DNA of 64,000 nucleotides. Source: an uncultured Rivularia sp. (GTDB taxonomy: Bacteria; Cyanobacteriota; Cyanobacteriia; Cyanobacteriales; Nostocaceae). The translations under genes and the position numbers were made by a program. Below are positions 22,993-31,580 of this stretch, one piece after another. The notes under the pieces are model-generated. The model ran no database searches, had not been told where the DNA came from, and saw nothing but the letters and a program-made list of their open reading frames with translations. Every line of letters starts with the position of its first letter. The first letter of the stretch is position 1. The DNA is taken from assembly GCA_963665115.1 (NCBI GenBank), contig OY762007.1, positions 6,592,001 through 6,656,000 of the forward strand, written 5' to 3'.

Positions 22993-23277
22993 ATGCGTAT
23001 AAACACTAAATTACGAAGAATCCTATTTATTAGCGCTTTATTTGTCCTGAATTATGGAAAAGCAATAGCAAATCCAATAGCTCAGCAAAATGACATTAAA
23101 ACTTTTACAGAATATTGTCAACAAAAATCGACACTCCCAAAAGAAACTAAACATACTGTTGAAGTGCTGTTAAAAAAAGCTGGTACTAAAGATTGTCAGC
23201 AAGCGAATCGGAAATTAACGAGTTTGACCGAGCTTGATATCAGCATCTTCGAGGTTGCGGTGACTTTATTTTTTTAG
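22993..23277 (+). pseudogene. LRR gene remnant (signal peptide and N-cap only)
   Basis: MRINTK...KAIANP plus N-cap, then LTELDIS fused to the right half of the terminator hairpin seen at 18624-18662. Confidence 0.8.
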
Positions 23278-23414
23278 CAATAAACCCTTGGCTATATCCC
23301 AGCATCGAATCTGCAATCCAATTGAATTTATAATGCGAAACTTCAGTAATTTTCGTCATTTCAATGTATTAAATATTAGCTATAAATAAACTAAATAATC
23401 TTTTTTCTTAAAAT

Positions 23415-24641
23415 ATGAATATAATTAGAGCCTCTTTTTGTACTGTATTATCCTTAAGTGCATTATTACAAACTACGAAAGCGATCGCAGCACCTTTCCA
23501 ACCGAGGATTAAAACTTTTACAGAATATTGTCAGCAGAAATCTACACTACCAAAAGCAACAAAACATACTGTTGAAGTACTGTTGGAAAAAGCTGCTACT
23601 CAAGATTGTCAGCAAGCGAATCAAAGACTTAGCAATTTGAATTCCCTTAGTCTTGGATTCAAAAAAATTGTCAACTTACAACCGCTGTCTTCTTTCAGTA
23701 ATCTGACTTTCCTAAATCTGGGAGGGAATGAAATTGAGGATATACAACCGCTCTCAAACTTGACTAATTTAAACAAACTCTGGCTTAACAACAATAAAAT
23801 CGGCGATATTAAGCCACTTTCAAATTTGACTGGTTTAACCGATCTTATTCTTAGAGAAAATCAGATAGACAATTTAAAGCCGCTTTCTAATTTGACTAAC
23901 TTGGCTTATCTTAGTCTGGTAAAAAATAAAATCAACAATGTTGAAGGACTTTCTTCTTTAACCAGATTGACTCGACTCTATGTTCAAAGTAATAAAATTA
24001 GCGACATCAAACCGCTTTCCTCTTTAACAAATTTGACTCAACTCAATCTCAGCAATAATAAAATCAAGAATGCTGAAGGACTTTCTTCCTTAACTAATTT
24101 GACTGAGCTTAGCCTTAGTGTGAATAAAAATATTGATATAAAACCGCTTCGAGGATTAACTAACTTGACCAAGCTAGATATTGCATTTAGTAGAATTAAT
24201 AGTATAGAATCGCTCTCAAGGTTAACTAACTTGACTAAGCTAGAACTTGGGTTTAATAAAATTACCAATATAGAACCACTTTCTTCTTTGACTAGTTTGA
24301 CTGAGCTTGTCCTTTATGGCAATAAGATCAGCGATCTAAAGCCGCTTGCAAACTTAACTAATTTGAATTCTCTTAACCTATTGCACAATAAAATCAATGA
24401 TATAAAGCCGCTTTCAAACTTAACTAATCTGAATTCTCTTTGGCTCGCAGGTAATGAAATTAGCGATGTAAAGCCGCTTTCTAATTTAACTAATTTAGAT
24501 TTCCTTTGGCTCTCAAACAATAAAATCAATGATATAAAATCGTTAGGTGGTTTAAATCAGTTAACTGCTCTCTTAGTTAATAATAATCCTATTCAAGACA
24601 AAACTTGCCCCATACAGCAAAAGTCTGTATGTCTTTTTTAA
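23415..24641 (+). CDS. Secreted internalin-like LRR protein
   Basis: Signal KAIAAP, N-cap, LRRs, C-cap NPIQDKTCPIQQKSVC. Its upstream 170 bp and N-terminus closely match those of the 18801 locus. Confidence 0.9.
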   Translation: MNIIRASFCTVLSLSALLQTTKAIAAPFQPRIKTFTEYCQQKSTLPKATKHTVEVLLEKAATQDCQQANQRLSNLNSLSLGFKKIVNLQPLSSFSNLTFLNLGGNEIEDIQPLSNLTNLNKLWLNNNKIGDIKPLSNLTGLTDLILRENQIDNLKPLSNLTNLAYLSLVKNKINNVEGLSSLTRLTRLYVQSNKISDIKPLSSLTNLTQLNLSNNKIKNAEGLSSLTNLTELSLSVNKNIDIKPLRGLTNLTKLDIAFSRINSIESLSRLTNLTKLELGFNKITNIEPLSSLTSLTELVLYGNKISDLKPLANLTNLNSLNLLHNKINDIKPLSNLTNLNSLWLAGNEISDVKPLSNLTNLDFLWLSNNKINDIKSLGGLNQLTALLVNNNPIQDKTCPIQQKSVCLF

Positions 24642-25068
24642 CTATTAGCTGGCGGAGAAAGCGATTAGATATACATCATTTTATTTTTATTCATGTCCTA
24701 GCAAGTAGTTTAACTTTGATCTAGGACATTTTATTGCTTGTAGATAAACGAGCTTCCCAAGTAGATTATCTATTTAAAAGTAAAGATTAAAGGTTTAGAA
24801 AATCATATAACTTTGTAGATAAAAAAATTAGGGAATTGAAATTAAAACTCTTAATCTCAAATCGGTTGGTATCGAAACTAAATCTTAATCCGTATTATAA
24901 ATAAACTTCTCATCATCAGATAGATGAATTAATTCTATTTTTGACTCCCGAGATAAAATCCACTTCCACCTTTAGTATAATTTACGAATCTACCTATTGA
25001 CTTTCTTGTAACATATGTGTAGCATAAGGCTTTGAAAGCGATATTGCACAGATTTTTCAGCGTGCGTC

Positions 25069-26886
25069 ATGGCAAACTTAAGAGATATCGTTAGTTATTT
25101 TCGTCCCTACTGGAAGCTGAGCGTATTTAGCATCGCCGCATCCAGCCTTTACGAAATTTTAGATTTACTAGTACCTTATGCGATTGGACAGATACTAAAC
25201 CTGCTTTCCGGGCAACCGTTAGACGGGTTTTTGAAGAGTGCGATCGCCACTATTTCTGATATCACAAATTATCCGGCGAACAAGAATTTATCGTTAGGTA
25301 TTTTACTGGGTTTAATTTTCCTTGTAACAGTTGTGAGAGCGCCGACACAGCCGTGGTTGAGCGGTTGGTTTCATTGGGTAATTGCATTAAAAGCACGTCG
25401 AGATCAAAGTCAAAAAGCAGTAGAAAAAATTCTCACATTACCTTTAGAATTTTATGATGAAAACAATCCTGGAAGAATAGCATCGAGAGTAGCAAAAGGA
25501 ATTTCAAATCATACCTGGACATATCCAGAAGTCACGGGACAATTGTTTCCCAAACTGTTTAGAGTCTTGGGAATTTTTATATTTATTTGCTTCGTTGATT
25601 GGCGGATTGCGGCTTTATTTTTGACTTCTTTTGTAATCATTCTTAGCTTTACTTTAAAGCATTTACAAAAGCTAATTGAATATGAAAGTCGTTTAGATAA
25701 ATATTCCGAGAATACAGAAAGTCGAGCATCAGAAATTATCAGTAATATAAAAACTGTTAAAGCATTTGCCACCGAAGCCAAGGAATTAAAACGTCAGCAG
25801 CAACGTTACGAACGCGAATTAGATGTAGTGGTATATCGTATTCACAAAGGTTACGTCAAATTAAACACCTGGCAAAAAAGCGTAATTCAGTTTTGCGTTT
25901 TCATGGTGCTTGGTTTAACTTTAGCCGCAACCATCGAAGGTAGAATTACCTTGGGTAACTTTATCACGACTTTGACCTTATCAAGCATGGCATATGCCGA
26001 GCTAGAACCAATTAGCATCCTTGCAGAGATGTTCGCTCGTCGTTATAGTTCCATGTTGCGGTTCCACGAATTTCTTCAAGAGCCATCTGGAGTTGATTCC
26101 GAGGGACTTTTAGAAACGCGTAAACCAGAAAAATCCTACAATTTTACCGGAAAAGTTGAATTATCCCACCTTAGCTTTGGTTACGAACCCAAACGCCTAA
26201 TTTTACACGATATTAATCTGCTAATCGAACCATACCAAACAGTAGCATTAGTAGGACGTAGCGGCTCCGGTAAATCGACATTAGTAAAACTGCTATTTCG
26301 TTACTTTGAACCCCAGGGAGGGAAAATACTTATCGATGGTGAAGACATCCGCGATTTAGACGTAGGAGAATATAGACGCAGATTAGCAATAGTTCACCAA
26401 GAAGTAGATATTTTTAACGGTACGGTTTTGGATAACCTTACCTATGGAAACGAAAGCGCAACTTTTGCCGAAGTTGAAGAAGCCTGTAGAATCGCCAAAC
26501 TCGATGAAGTAATTAGTCTCTTACCTGAAGGTTACTATACCGTAGTGGGCGAACGCGGAGTCAGATTATCCGGGGGACAAAGACAGCGAGTTGGCATAGC
26601 CAGAGCATTGTTAGTTAATCCCGACGTACTCGTATTTGACGAAGCAACATCTAGCTTAGACTACGAATCCGAGCGATCAATCCAGCTAGCCATGAGTTCC
26701 ATCCAAGGAACTCGCACCACTATAGTCATCGCTCACCGACTGAGTACTGTGAGAGAAGCCGATAAGATTGTGGTTTTAGATAACGGCAGAATCGTAGAAA
26801 TAGGCAGCCACGACGAGCTATTACAAGAAAAAGGGATTTACAAGAGATTGCATTCATTGCAAGAGACTGGTGAACTTTTGAGTTAG
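25069..26886 (+). CDS. ABC exporter, fused permease/ATP-binding
   Basis: N-terminal TM domain; GRSGSGKST, LSGGQRQR, VFDEATSSLD, IAHRLST. Confidence 0.95.
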   Translation: MANLRDIVSYFRPYWKLSVFSIAASSLYEILDLLVPYAIGQILNLLSGQPLDGFLKSAIATISDITNYPANKNLSLGILLGLIFLVTVVRAPTQPWLSGWFHWVIALKARRDQSQKAVEKILTLPLEFYDENNPGRIASRVAKGISNHTWTYPEVTGQLFPKLFRVLGIFIFICFVDWRIAALFLTSFVIILSFTLKHLQKLIEYESRLDKYSENTESRASEIISNIKTVKAFATEAKELKRQQQRYERELDVVVYRIHKGYVKLNTWQKSVIQFCVFMVLGLTLAATIEGRITLGNFITTLTLSSMAYAELEPISILAEMFARRYSSMLRFHEFLQEPSGVDSEGLLETRKPEKSYNFTGKVELSHLSFGYEPKRLILHDINLLIEPYQTVALVGRSGSGKSTLVKLLFRYFEPQGGKILIDGEDIRDLDVGEYRRRLAIVHQEVDIFNGTVLDNLTYGNESATFAEVEEACRIAKLDEVISLLPEGYYTVVGERGVRLSGGQRQRVGIARALLVNPDVLVFDEATSSLDYESERSIQLAMSSIQGTRTTIVIAHRLSTVREADKIVVLDNGRIVEIGSHDELLQEKGIYKRLHSLQETGELLS

Positions 26887-26944
26887 GTAATGGGTAATTG
26901 GGGATGGGGCATTGGGCATGGGGCATTGGATATGAGGAATAGCT

Positions 26945-26967
26945 AGCGAGCAAGATGCTCGCACTAC
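26945..26967 (-). repeat. GTAG-type REP-like palindrome
   Basis: AGCGAGCAAGATGCTCGCACTAC, identical copy at 62122-62144. Confidence 0.7.
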
Positions 26968-27139
26968 AAATAGTTGGCGTTGCTGAATCGAAAATCGTTT
27001 CATTGTTTCCAATTCCTTATTTATTTTCCCCTTGCCCTATGCCCAATCCCCAATCCCCGTGAGCATTTCAAGACTTTTTCAAAAAAAACGTTGGTATTTT
27101 CCAGACCTTGTGATACTATTAGTAATCGTGAGACGACAT

Positions 27140-27221
27140 GGGTCGGTGTCCGAGTGGTTAATGGAGGCGGACTGTAAATCCGCTGGCTTAGCCTACGCTG
27201 GTTCGAATCCAGCTCGGCCCA
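27140..27221 (+). tRNA. trnY: tRNA-Tyr (GTA)
   Basis: GGGTCGG acceptor arm, anticodon loop CTGTAAA, long variable arm, GGTTCGAATCC T-arm; CCA not encoded. Confidence 0.95.
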
Positions 27222-27285
27222 TTTTCACTTCTGGGTTTTGGATTTAGCTTTAGAAAAATTCAAGACCTAGATTTAAATTTTCTTC

Positions 27286-27357
27286 GCCGATGTAGCTCAG
27301 TGGTAGAGCACACCCTTGGTAAGGGTGAGGTCACGAGTTCGACTCTCGTCATCGGCT
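27286..27357 (+). tRNA. trnT: tRNA-Thr (GGT)
   Basis: GCCGATG/CATCGGC acceptor stem, TAGCTCAGTGGTAGAGC D-arm, loop TTGGTAA, GTTCGAC T-loop. Confidence 0.95.
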
Positions 27358-27441
27358 TTTTAGATTTTTAATAACATCAATAATTCTTACTGTTGTTGTT
27401 CATGTAGTTTGACGGTGTTAGAAGATTACTCTTGCTGCCCT

Positions 27442-27669
27442 TTAGTCAAACTTCACACCAAAATCAACACCTAGTACTTCTTCTATTCTTTGTAAGGTTT
27501 CAATAGGTAAGGCTTTAGTTTCTTCAGCTTCAATTCTATACCAGTTCATTGTCGTCATTGGTATTTGGCGACAAACTTCAGCCAGCGAGCGACTATCAGC
27601 TTCTCGTGCTTGACGAATACGCGAACCTAATTTTGGAATCTCTATTTCTAGTATTTTTTTGACTTTCAT
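27442..27669 (-). CDS. XRE-family HTH transcriptional regulator
   Basis: LGSRIRQARE..RSLAEVCRQI.MT..NWYRIE...LPIETL.RIEEVLGV. Confidence 0.8.
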   Translation of the reverse strand: MKVKKILEIEIPKLGSRIRQAREADSRSLAEVCRQIPMTTMNWYRIEAEETKALPIETLQRIEEVLGVDFGVKFD

Positions 27670-27787
27670 CAATATTTCCTTACTGTCATATCCTCCTTTG
27701 TTCTAAATCATTATGTTACATCTGATAAATAGTAAAGCATAAAGTGTAACTTTATGGTTGAATAATCATGGTGCAGAATGAGAAACT

Positions 27788-27985
27788 ATGAAACAATCAA
27801 CTGCAAGCGCTTTACTGAAAGCGTACAATTCATTACAGGAAATAGTTGTGGAGCTTTACAACTAATTTCAAAAAGCAGTGGAAAATAGAGATGATGCAGA
27901 TGCAAGTTTGCTTGAGTCAAGAGCAGAAATTTTGTTTGAACAAGCGGAAGCGATTATAGCTGTTTTGGAGGAGCAAAATGGATAG
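27788..27985 (+). pseudogene. Small helical protein gene with an internal stop
   Basis: MKQSTASALLKAYNSLQEIVVELYN*FQKAVENRDD...LEEQNG*: in-frame TAA at 27863-27865; the frame continues and overlaps the next ATG. Confidence 0.6.
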
Positions 27986-28187
27986 AGAAGAAGCGCAAAA
28001 TTTAGCGAATGATGCTAAAAACTTAAGTCAGCAGGGATTAGAGTTGATTCAGCAAGGAAAATATCGCGAGGGACATAATTTAATACGTCAAGCTGTAGAA
28101 GCTGGTAGAAAATGCCGAAAGTTTTTGGAACAGCCAAAAATAGAAAGAGGTTTGGGAATACTTGAACAAATGCATGAACAAGGTTAA
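27978..28187 (+). CDS. Small helical hypothetical protein
   Basis: 69 aa; GGAGGAG ribosome-binding site; followed by the hairpin CCTCCG-gtga-CGGAGG plus T-run (28209-28235). Confidence 0.7.
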   Translation: MDREEAQNLANDAKNLSQQGLELIQQGKYREGHNLIRQAVEAGRKCRKFLEQPKIERGLGILEQMHEQG

Positions 28188-28255
28188 GAATGCTAAAGAT
28201 AATTTTAGCCTCCGGTGACGGAGGTTATTTTTTTGCTTGATCGCAAATATCCAAG

Positions 28256-28546
28256 GTGATGTATGATTTGTTGTTGGACAATCCAAAATCCAAACCCAAA
28301 TCGCTAGATGAATACACCACACACAACTTTATTTGGAATATTGCTGATGATGTATTAAAAGACGTTTATGTTCGTGGAAAATACCGACATATAGTTCTAC
28401 CAATGACGATGTTAAGACCTTTGGATTGTTTGTTGGAACCCACTAAGGATAAAATGCTTGAGCGGTATCAGCAATTGGAAGAAGGTAAGTTCGGAAAAAA
28501 GGCGATCGCCCAGAAAAAGATAGATGATAAAAATATTACAGGGTAA
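28256..28546 (+). pseudogene. hsdM: Type I restriction-modification HsdM N-terminal fragment
   Basis: NFIWNIADDVLKDVYVRGKYRHIVLPMTMLRPLDCLLEPTKDKML matches the HsdM N-terminal domain; no methyltransferase core follows. Confidence 0.75.
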
Positions 28547-28596
28547 GAGTTTAGTGTACTTTTATTAGCTAATAAGACAACTAATAACAAACGACT

Positions 28597-29751
28597 ATGA
28601 ATGATAATCGAAATGATAGTTATGCTAATCTTCCTGATGAACTTTTAGAAGATATTTTGGAGGATGCACCAAAAATAGCAGATAAAATCAAACCGTTATT
28701 TGAAGAATTACAACAACAAAGAAAAACAATACACCAAACATTAGAAGATAATGATTTAATTTGTAGAGTTGGTGATTTAGACAATCCTGCCAGTCCTTCT
28801 GTTGCTGCTATTGATGGTGGACAAGCGATTGAAAAATCTATTGGAGCTGATACTGTAATCGCTGTAGGTGTTGGTGTTGAAGGATTAGTAAGAGAAGATA
28901 AGCGTAAATGGGGTTCAGTTCAATATAAAAACTGGCAAGATGTTCTTCCTCATAGTTCTGAGAGTAATCCTAAAGTTACTAGAGGGGCGATGACTGCTTT
29001 AGAATTATTAGTCATTAGTCAAACTCCCCACGATGTTGTAATTGCTGATGGTTCTCATCAAACACCAGTAATAGGAATTAATAGTTTAACAAGTATGTCA
29101 ACATTAGATGAGCCTCATTTACAACAGGTTGCATGGGACATTCTGAATCAATTTAATGTGATAGATTCTCTTAATAAAGCTATGACAAATCCCAACGTTG
29201 TTTATATGGTTAAATATGATTCTTCACAAGAAATTGGCTTAAAATTTCTTAGTGATTTTAATTCTAAGCTTGATGATAAAACAATTATGACATTAATTTT
29301 AAAATCAGATGAGTATACAAAACCTTTACCCGTAGGTCAAACTCCTAAAACAAAAAAAGTTTGGGGTGATTTATATATTTCAGTTTCAAATAAATTCGAT
29401 TTTCATGGGAAACGAGACAGTATTAAAGAGGGATTAAACAAAGCAATCATCTTACCCAAAAATCATAAAATATATTTTACTTACTATAAACCTTATCAGT
29501 GGTCGCCTGCCTATAGAATAGAAATGAAAGAGAATTGTGCAAAAACAGATATTGAATTTGCAAAAGTTTTAAAAGCAGTTAAAGAACAAGTTGTTTCTAC
29601 TGAAATTAAAGAACCTTACCCTCAGTATTTAGCTGATATGATGGCTAAAAGCATTAGTGGCGGTTTAGAAGCATTAAGAGCCGTTATACAGTACCAATTC
29701 AGTGATAATCAAGATTTTCTTCAACTACTAACTCAATCATACAGAACCTAA
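28597..29751 (+). CDS. NurA-like (RNase H-fold) nuclease
   Basis: VAAIDGG, LELLV, VVIADGS and C-terminal EPYPQYLADMMAK fit the NurA motif series; lies directly before a HerA-like ATPase. Confidence 0.75.
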   Translation: MNDNRNDSYANLPDELLEDILEDAPKIADKIKPLFEELQQQRKTIHQTLEDNDLICRVGDLDNPASPSVAAIDGGQAIEKSIGADTVIAVGVGVEGLVREDKRKWGSVQYKNWQDVLPHSSESNPKVTRGAMTALELLVISQTPHDVVIADGSHQTPVIGINSLTSMSTLDEPHLQQVAWDILNQFNVIDSLNKAMTNPNVVYMVKYDSSQEIGLKFLSDFNSKLDDKTIMTLILKSDEYTKPLPVGQTPKTKKVWGDLYISVSNKFDFHGKRDSIKEGLNKAIILPKNHKIYFTYYKPYQWSPAYRIEMKENCAKTDIEFAKVLKAVKEQVVSTEIKEPYPQYLADMMAKSISGGLEALRAVIQYQFSDNQDFLQLLTQSYRT

Positions 29752-29775
29752 TTAATATTTTCACGAGGGAAAGAG

Positions 29776-31578
29776 ATGGATTTACTAGATTTATTAAAAG
29801 ACCACTCAAATCAATTTAATATCGGTAGTGTTGGTTCACCAAGTAATACAACAGAAATTATTATTGACATTAATCAAAAAAGCGAACAAAAAAGAAATTT
29901 AGGTCAATTAGTATGTCTTATTCAACCACAAGAACAAGAACAACTAGTCGTTATTGGACAAATTAGCGAAATAGAAACTAAAAATCGTTGGCACGAAGAT
30001 TTGACTTTTAGAGGAATAATTAAACGTAGAGGTTCACTTCCTCATCTGAGTGGAAAAGCAGACGTAAGAACAGCTAAATTAAATGTACAAGCTTGTTTTA
30101 GTATTGCATTAGATGGAAAAATTAGTGAAGGAACATTAGGTACTTCTCCAGCAACAGGTACGCCTATTTTTTCAGTGAGAGATGAAATTTTAGATAAACT
30201 TTTAGAACAGTATAAAAATCAAATTATTTATTTAGGTAATGCCTATGCCACCGATGTAAAAATGCCGCTTTGGTTAAAGCATTTTGATAGAGGAGAAGGA
30301 GGTGCAGGAGAAGCTTATCATATCGGAGTTTTTGGTAAAAGTGGTTCAGGAAAATCTGGTTTAGCTGCTTATACTTTGTTAGGATATGGCAAGCATAAAA
30401 ATATGGGAATTATTTTTATCGATCCTCAGAATCAATTTGCTAGCGATACTGATTTACCTTTTAAATTACATGATTCTCTAAGGAGTTTGGGTAGAACAGT
30501 TAATATTTATCGTTTAACAAATCAAATTAGATTAGGAACTAAAAAAAATGCCGTGAAGTTGTTTGTTAATCTTTTACTTAAAGCAGATTTTTATAGAAAT
30601 ATTGGAGTTAGAAATAAAGAGAATCAAGAATATGCTTCTGAGGAAGTAGATCGAATCATAAGAAATATTTTATCAGGCTTTCAGCCAAGACTTGAATTAA
30701 AAAATTCTCCTGATGATTTATTGCGTAGAGTATTAACTGAACTAAGAGACGATGATAATGCCTTACAAAGAATATATGCTACTACACAACCAAGACAAAG
30801 ACTAGAACAAGCTCTTGGTAATCTTCTTATTGAAAGAATAGAACTTCAAAGAGTTAAAGAGCAAATTTGGCAACCTGTATTAGATTTATTTCTGGAAAAT
30901 GATAGCGCAGGTAATCATAGGACTTCTTTATGGCATATTGTTCAAAAAGCTGCTACAGATGAGCAAAAACCTATTGTATTTTTAGATATTAAAGGAGAAG
31001 GTACAACATTTGCCGATAATGAGGAAATTAAAGCTCTTATTCTGAAAGAAATTAGTATCACTCTAAAAGTCGCTGGAGAAGAAGCATTTAAGCATGATAC
31101 AAAATTAAACTGTTTGATTTGTCTCGATGAAGCCCATCGATTTGTTAAATCTTCTTTTGGCAGTGGTGATAATAGTGAAATGTCTAATTTAACACGAGCT
31201 TTTGTTGATGGAGTAAGAACAACTAGAAAATATGGTCTTGGTTATATGTTTATTACTCAAACTATTGCATCTTTACATAAAGAGATTATTCAACAATTAA
31301 GACTTTATGCTTTTGGATATGGTCTTACTTCAGGTAGTGAATATAGACAAATTGAAGAATTAGTAAGTGATAGACAAGCCTTAAGTTTATATAAATCATT
31401 TGTAGATCCTCAAAGTAGCAGACAATATCCTTTTATGTTTCTAGGTCCAATTTCTCCTTTATCTTTTATAGGTTCGCCTCTATTTATTCAAATGTTTACA
31501 GAATTTAGTAAGTTTAAAGAGGCTAATAAATTAGTAAAACAATCTCAAGGTAATTTATTTAATAATGATATATTGTAA
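29776..31578 (+). CDS. HerA/FtsK-superfamily ATPase (HAS-barrel plus DUF87 type)
   Basis: N-terminal beta-rich barrel; HIGVFGKSGSGKS (Walker A), IFIDPQNQF, CLDEAHRF (Walker B), RKYGLGYMFITQ. Confidence 0.85.
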   Translation: MDLLDLLKDHSNQFNIGSVGSPSNTTEIIIDINQKSEQKRNLGQLVCLIQPQEQEQLVVIGQISEIETKNRWHEDLTFRGIIKRRGSLPHLSGKADVRTAKLNVQACFSIALDGKISEGTLGTSPATGTPIFSVRDEILDKLLEQYKNQIIYLGNAYATDVKMPLWLKHFDRGEGGAGEAYHIGVFGKSGSGKSGLAAYTLLGYGKHKNMGIIFIDPQNQFASDTDLPFKLHDSLRSLGRTVNIYRLTNQIRLGTKKNAVKLFVNLLLKADFYRNIGVRNKENQEYASEEVDRIIRNILSGFQPRLELKNSPDDLLRRVLTELRDDDNALQRIYATTQPRQRLEQALGNLLIERIELQRVKEQIWQPVLDLFLENDSAGNHRTSLWHIVQKAATDEQKPIVFLDIKGEGTTFADNEEIKALILKEISITLKVAGEEAFKHDTKLNCLICLDEAHRFVKSSFGSGDNSEMSNLTRAFVDGVRTTRKYGLGYMFITQTIASLHKEIIQQLRLYAFGYGLTSGSEYRQIEELVSDRQALSLYKSFVDPQSSRQYPFMFLGPISPLSFIGSPLFIQMFTEFSKFKEANKLVKQSQGNLFNNDIL

Positions 31579-31580
31579 AC

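Noticed and set aside
9617..24529. Many short minus-strand ORFs over the LRR genes (SLILL...VKLVK)
   Set aside because: Antisense shadows of the repetitive LRR codons.
8140..24641. Diversity-generating retroelement behind the LRR variation
   Set aside because: No reverse transcriptase in the window, and no template/variable repeat pair with adenine-specific differences was seen.
27032..27247. ORFs overlapping tRNA-Tyr
   Set aside because: Spurious frames across an STRR tract and the tRNA gene.
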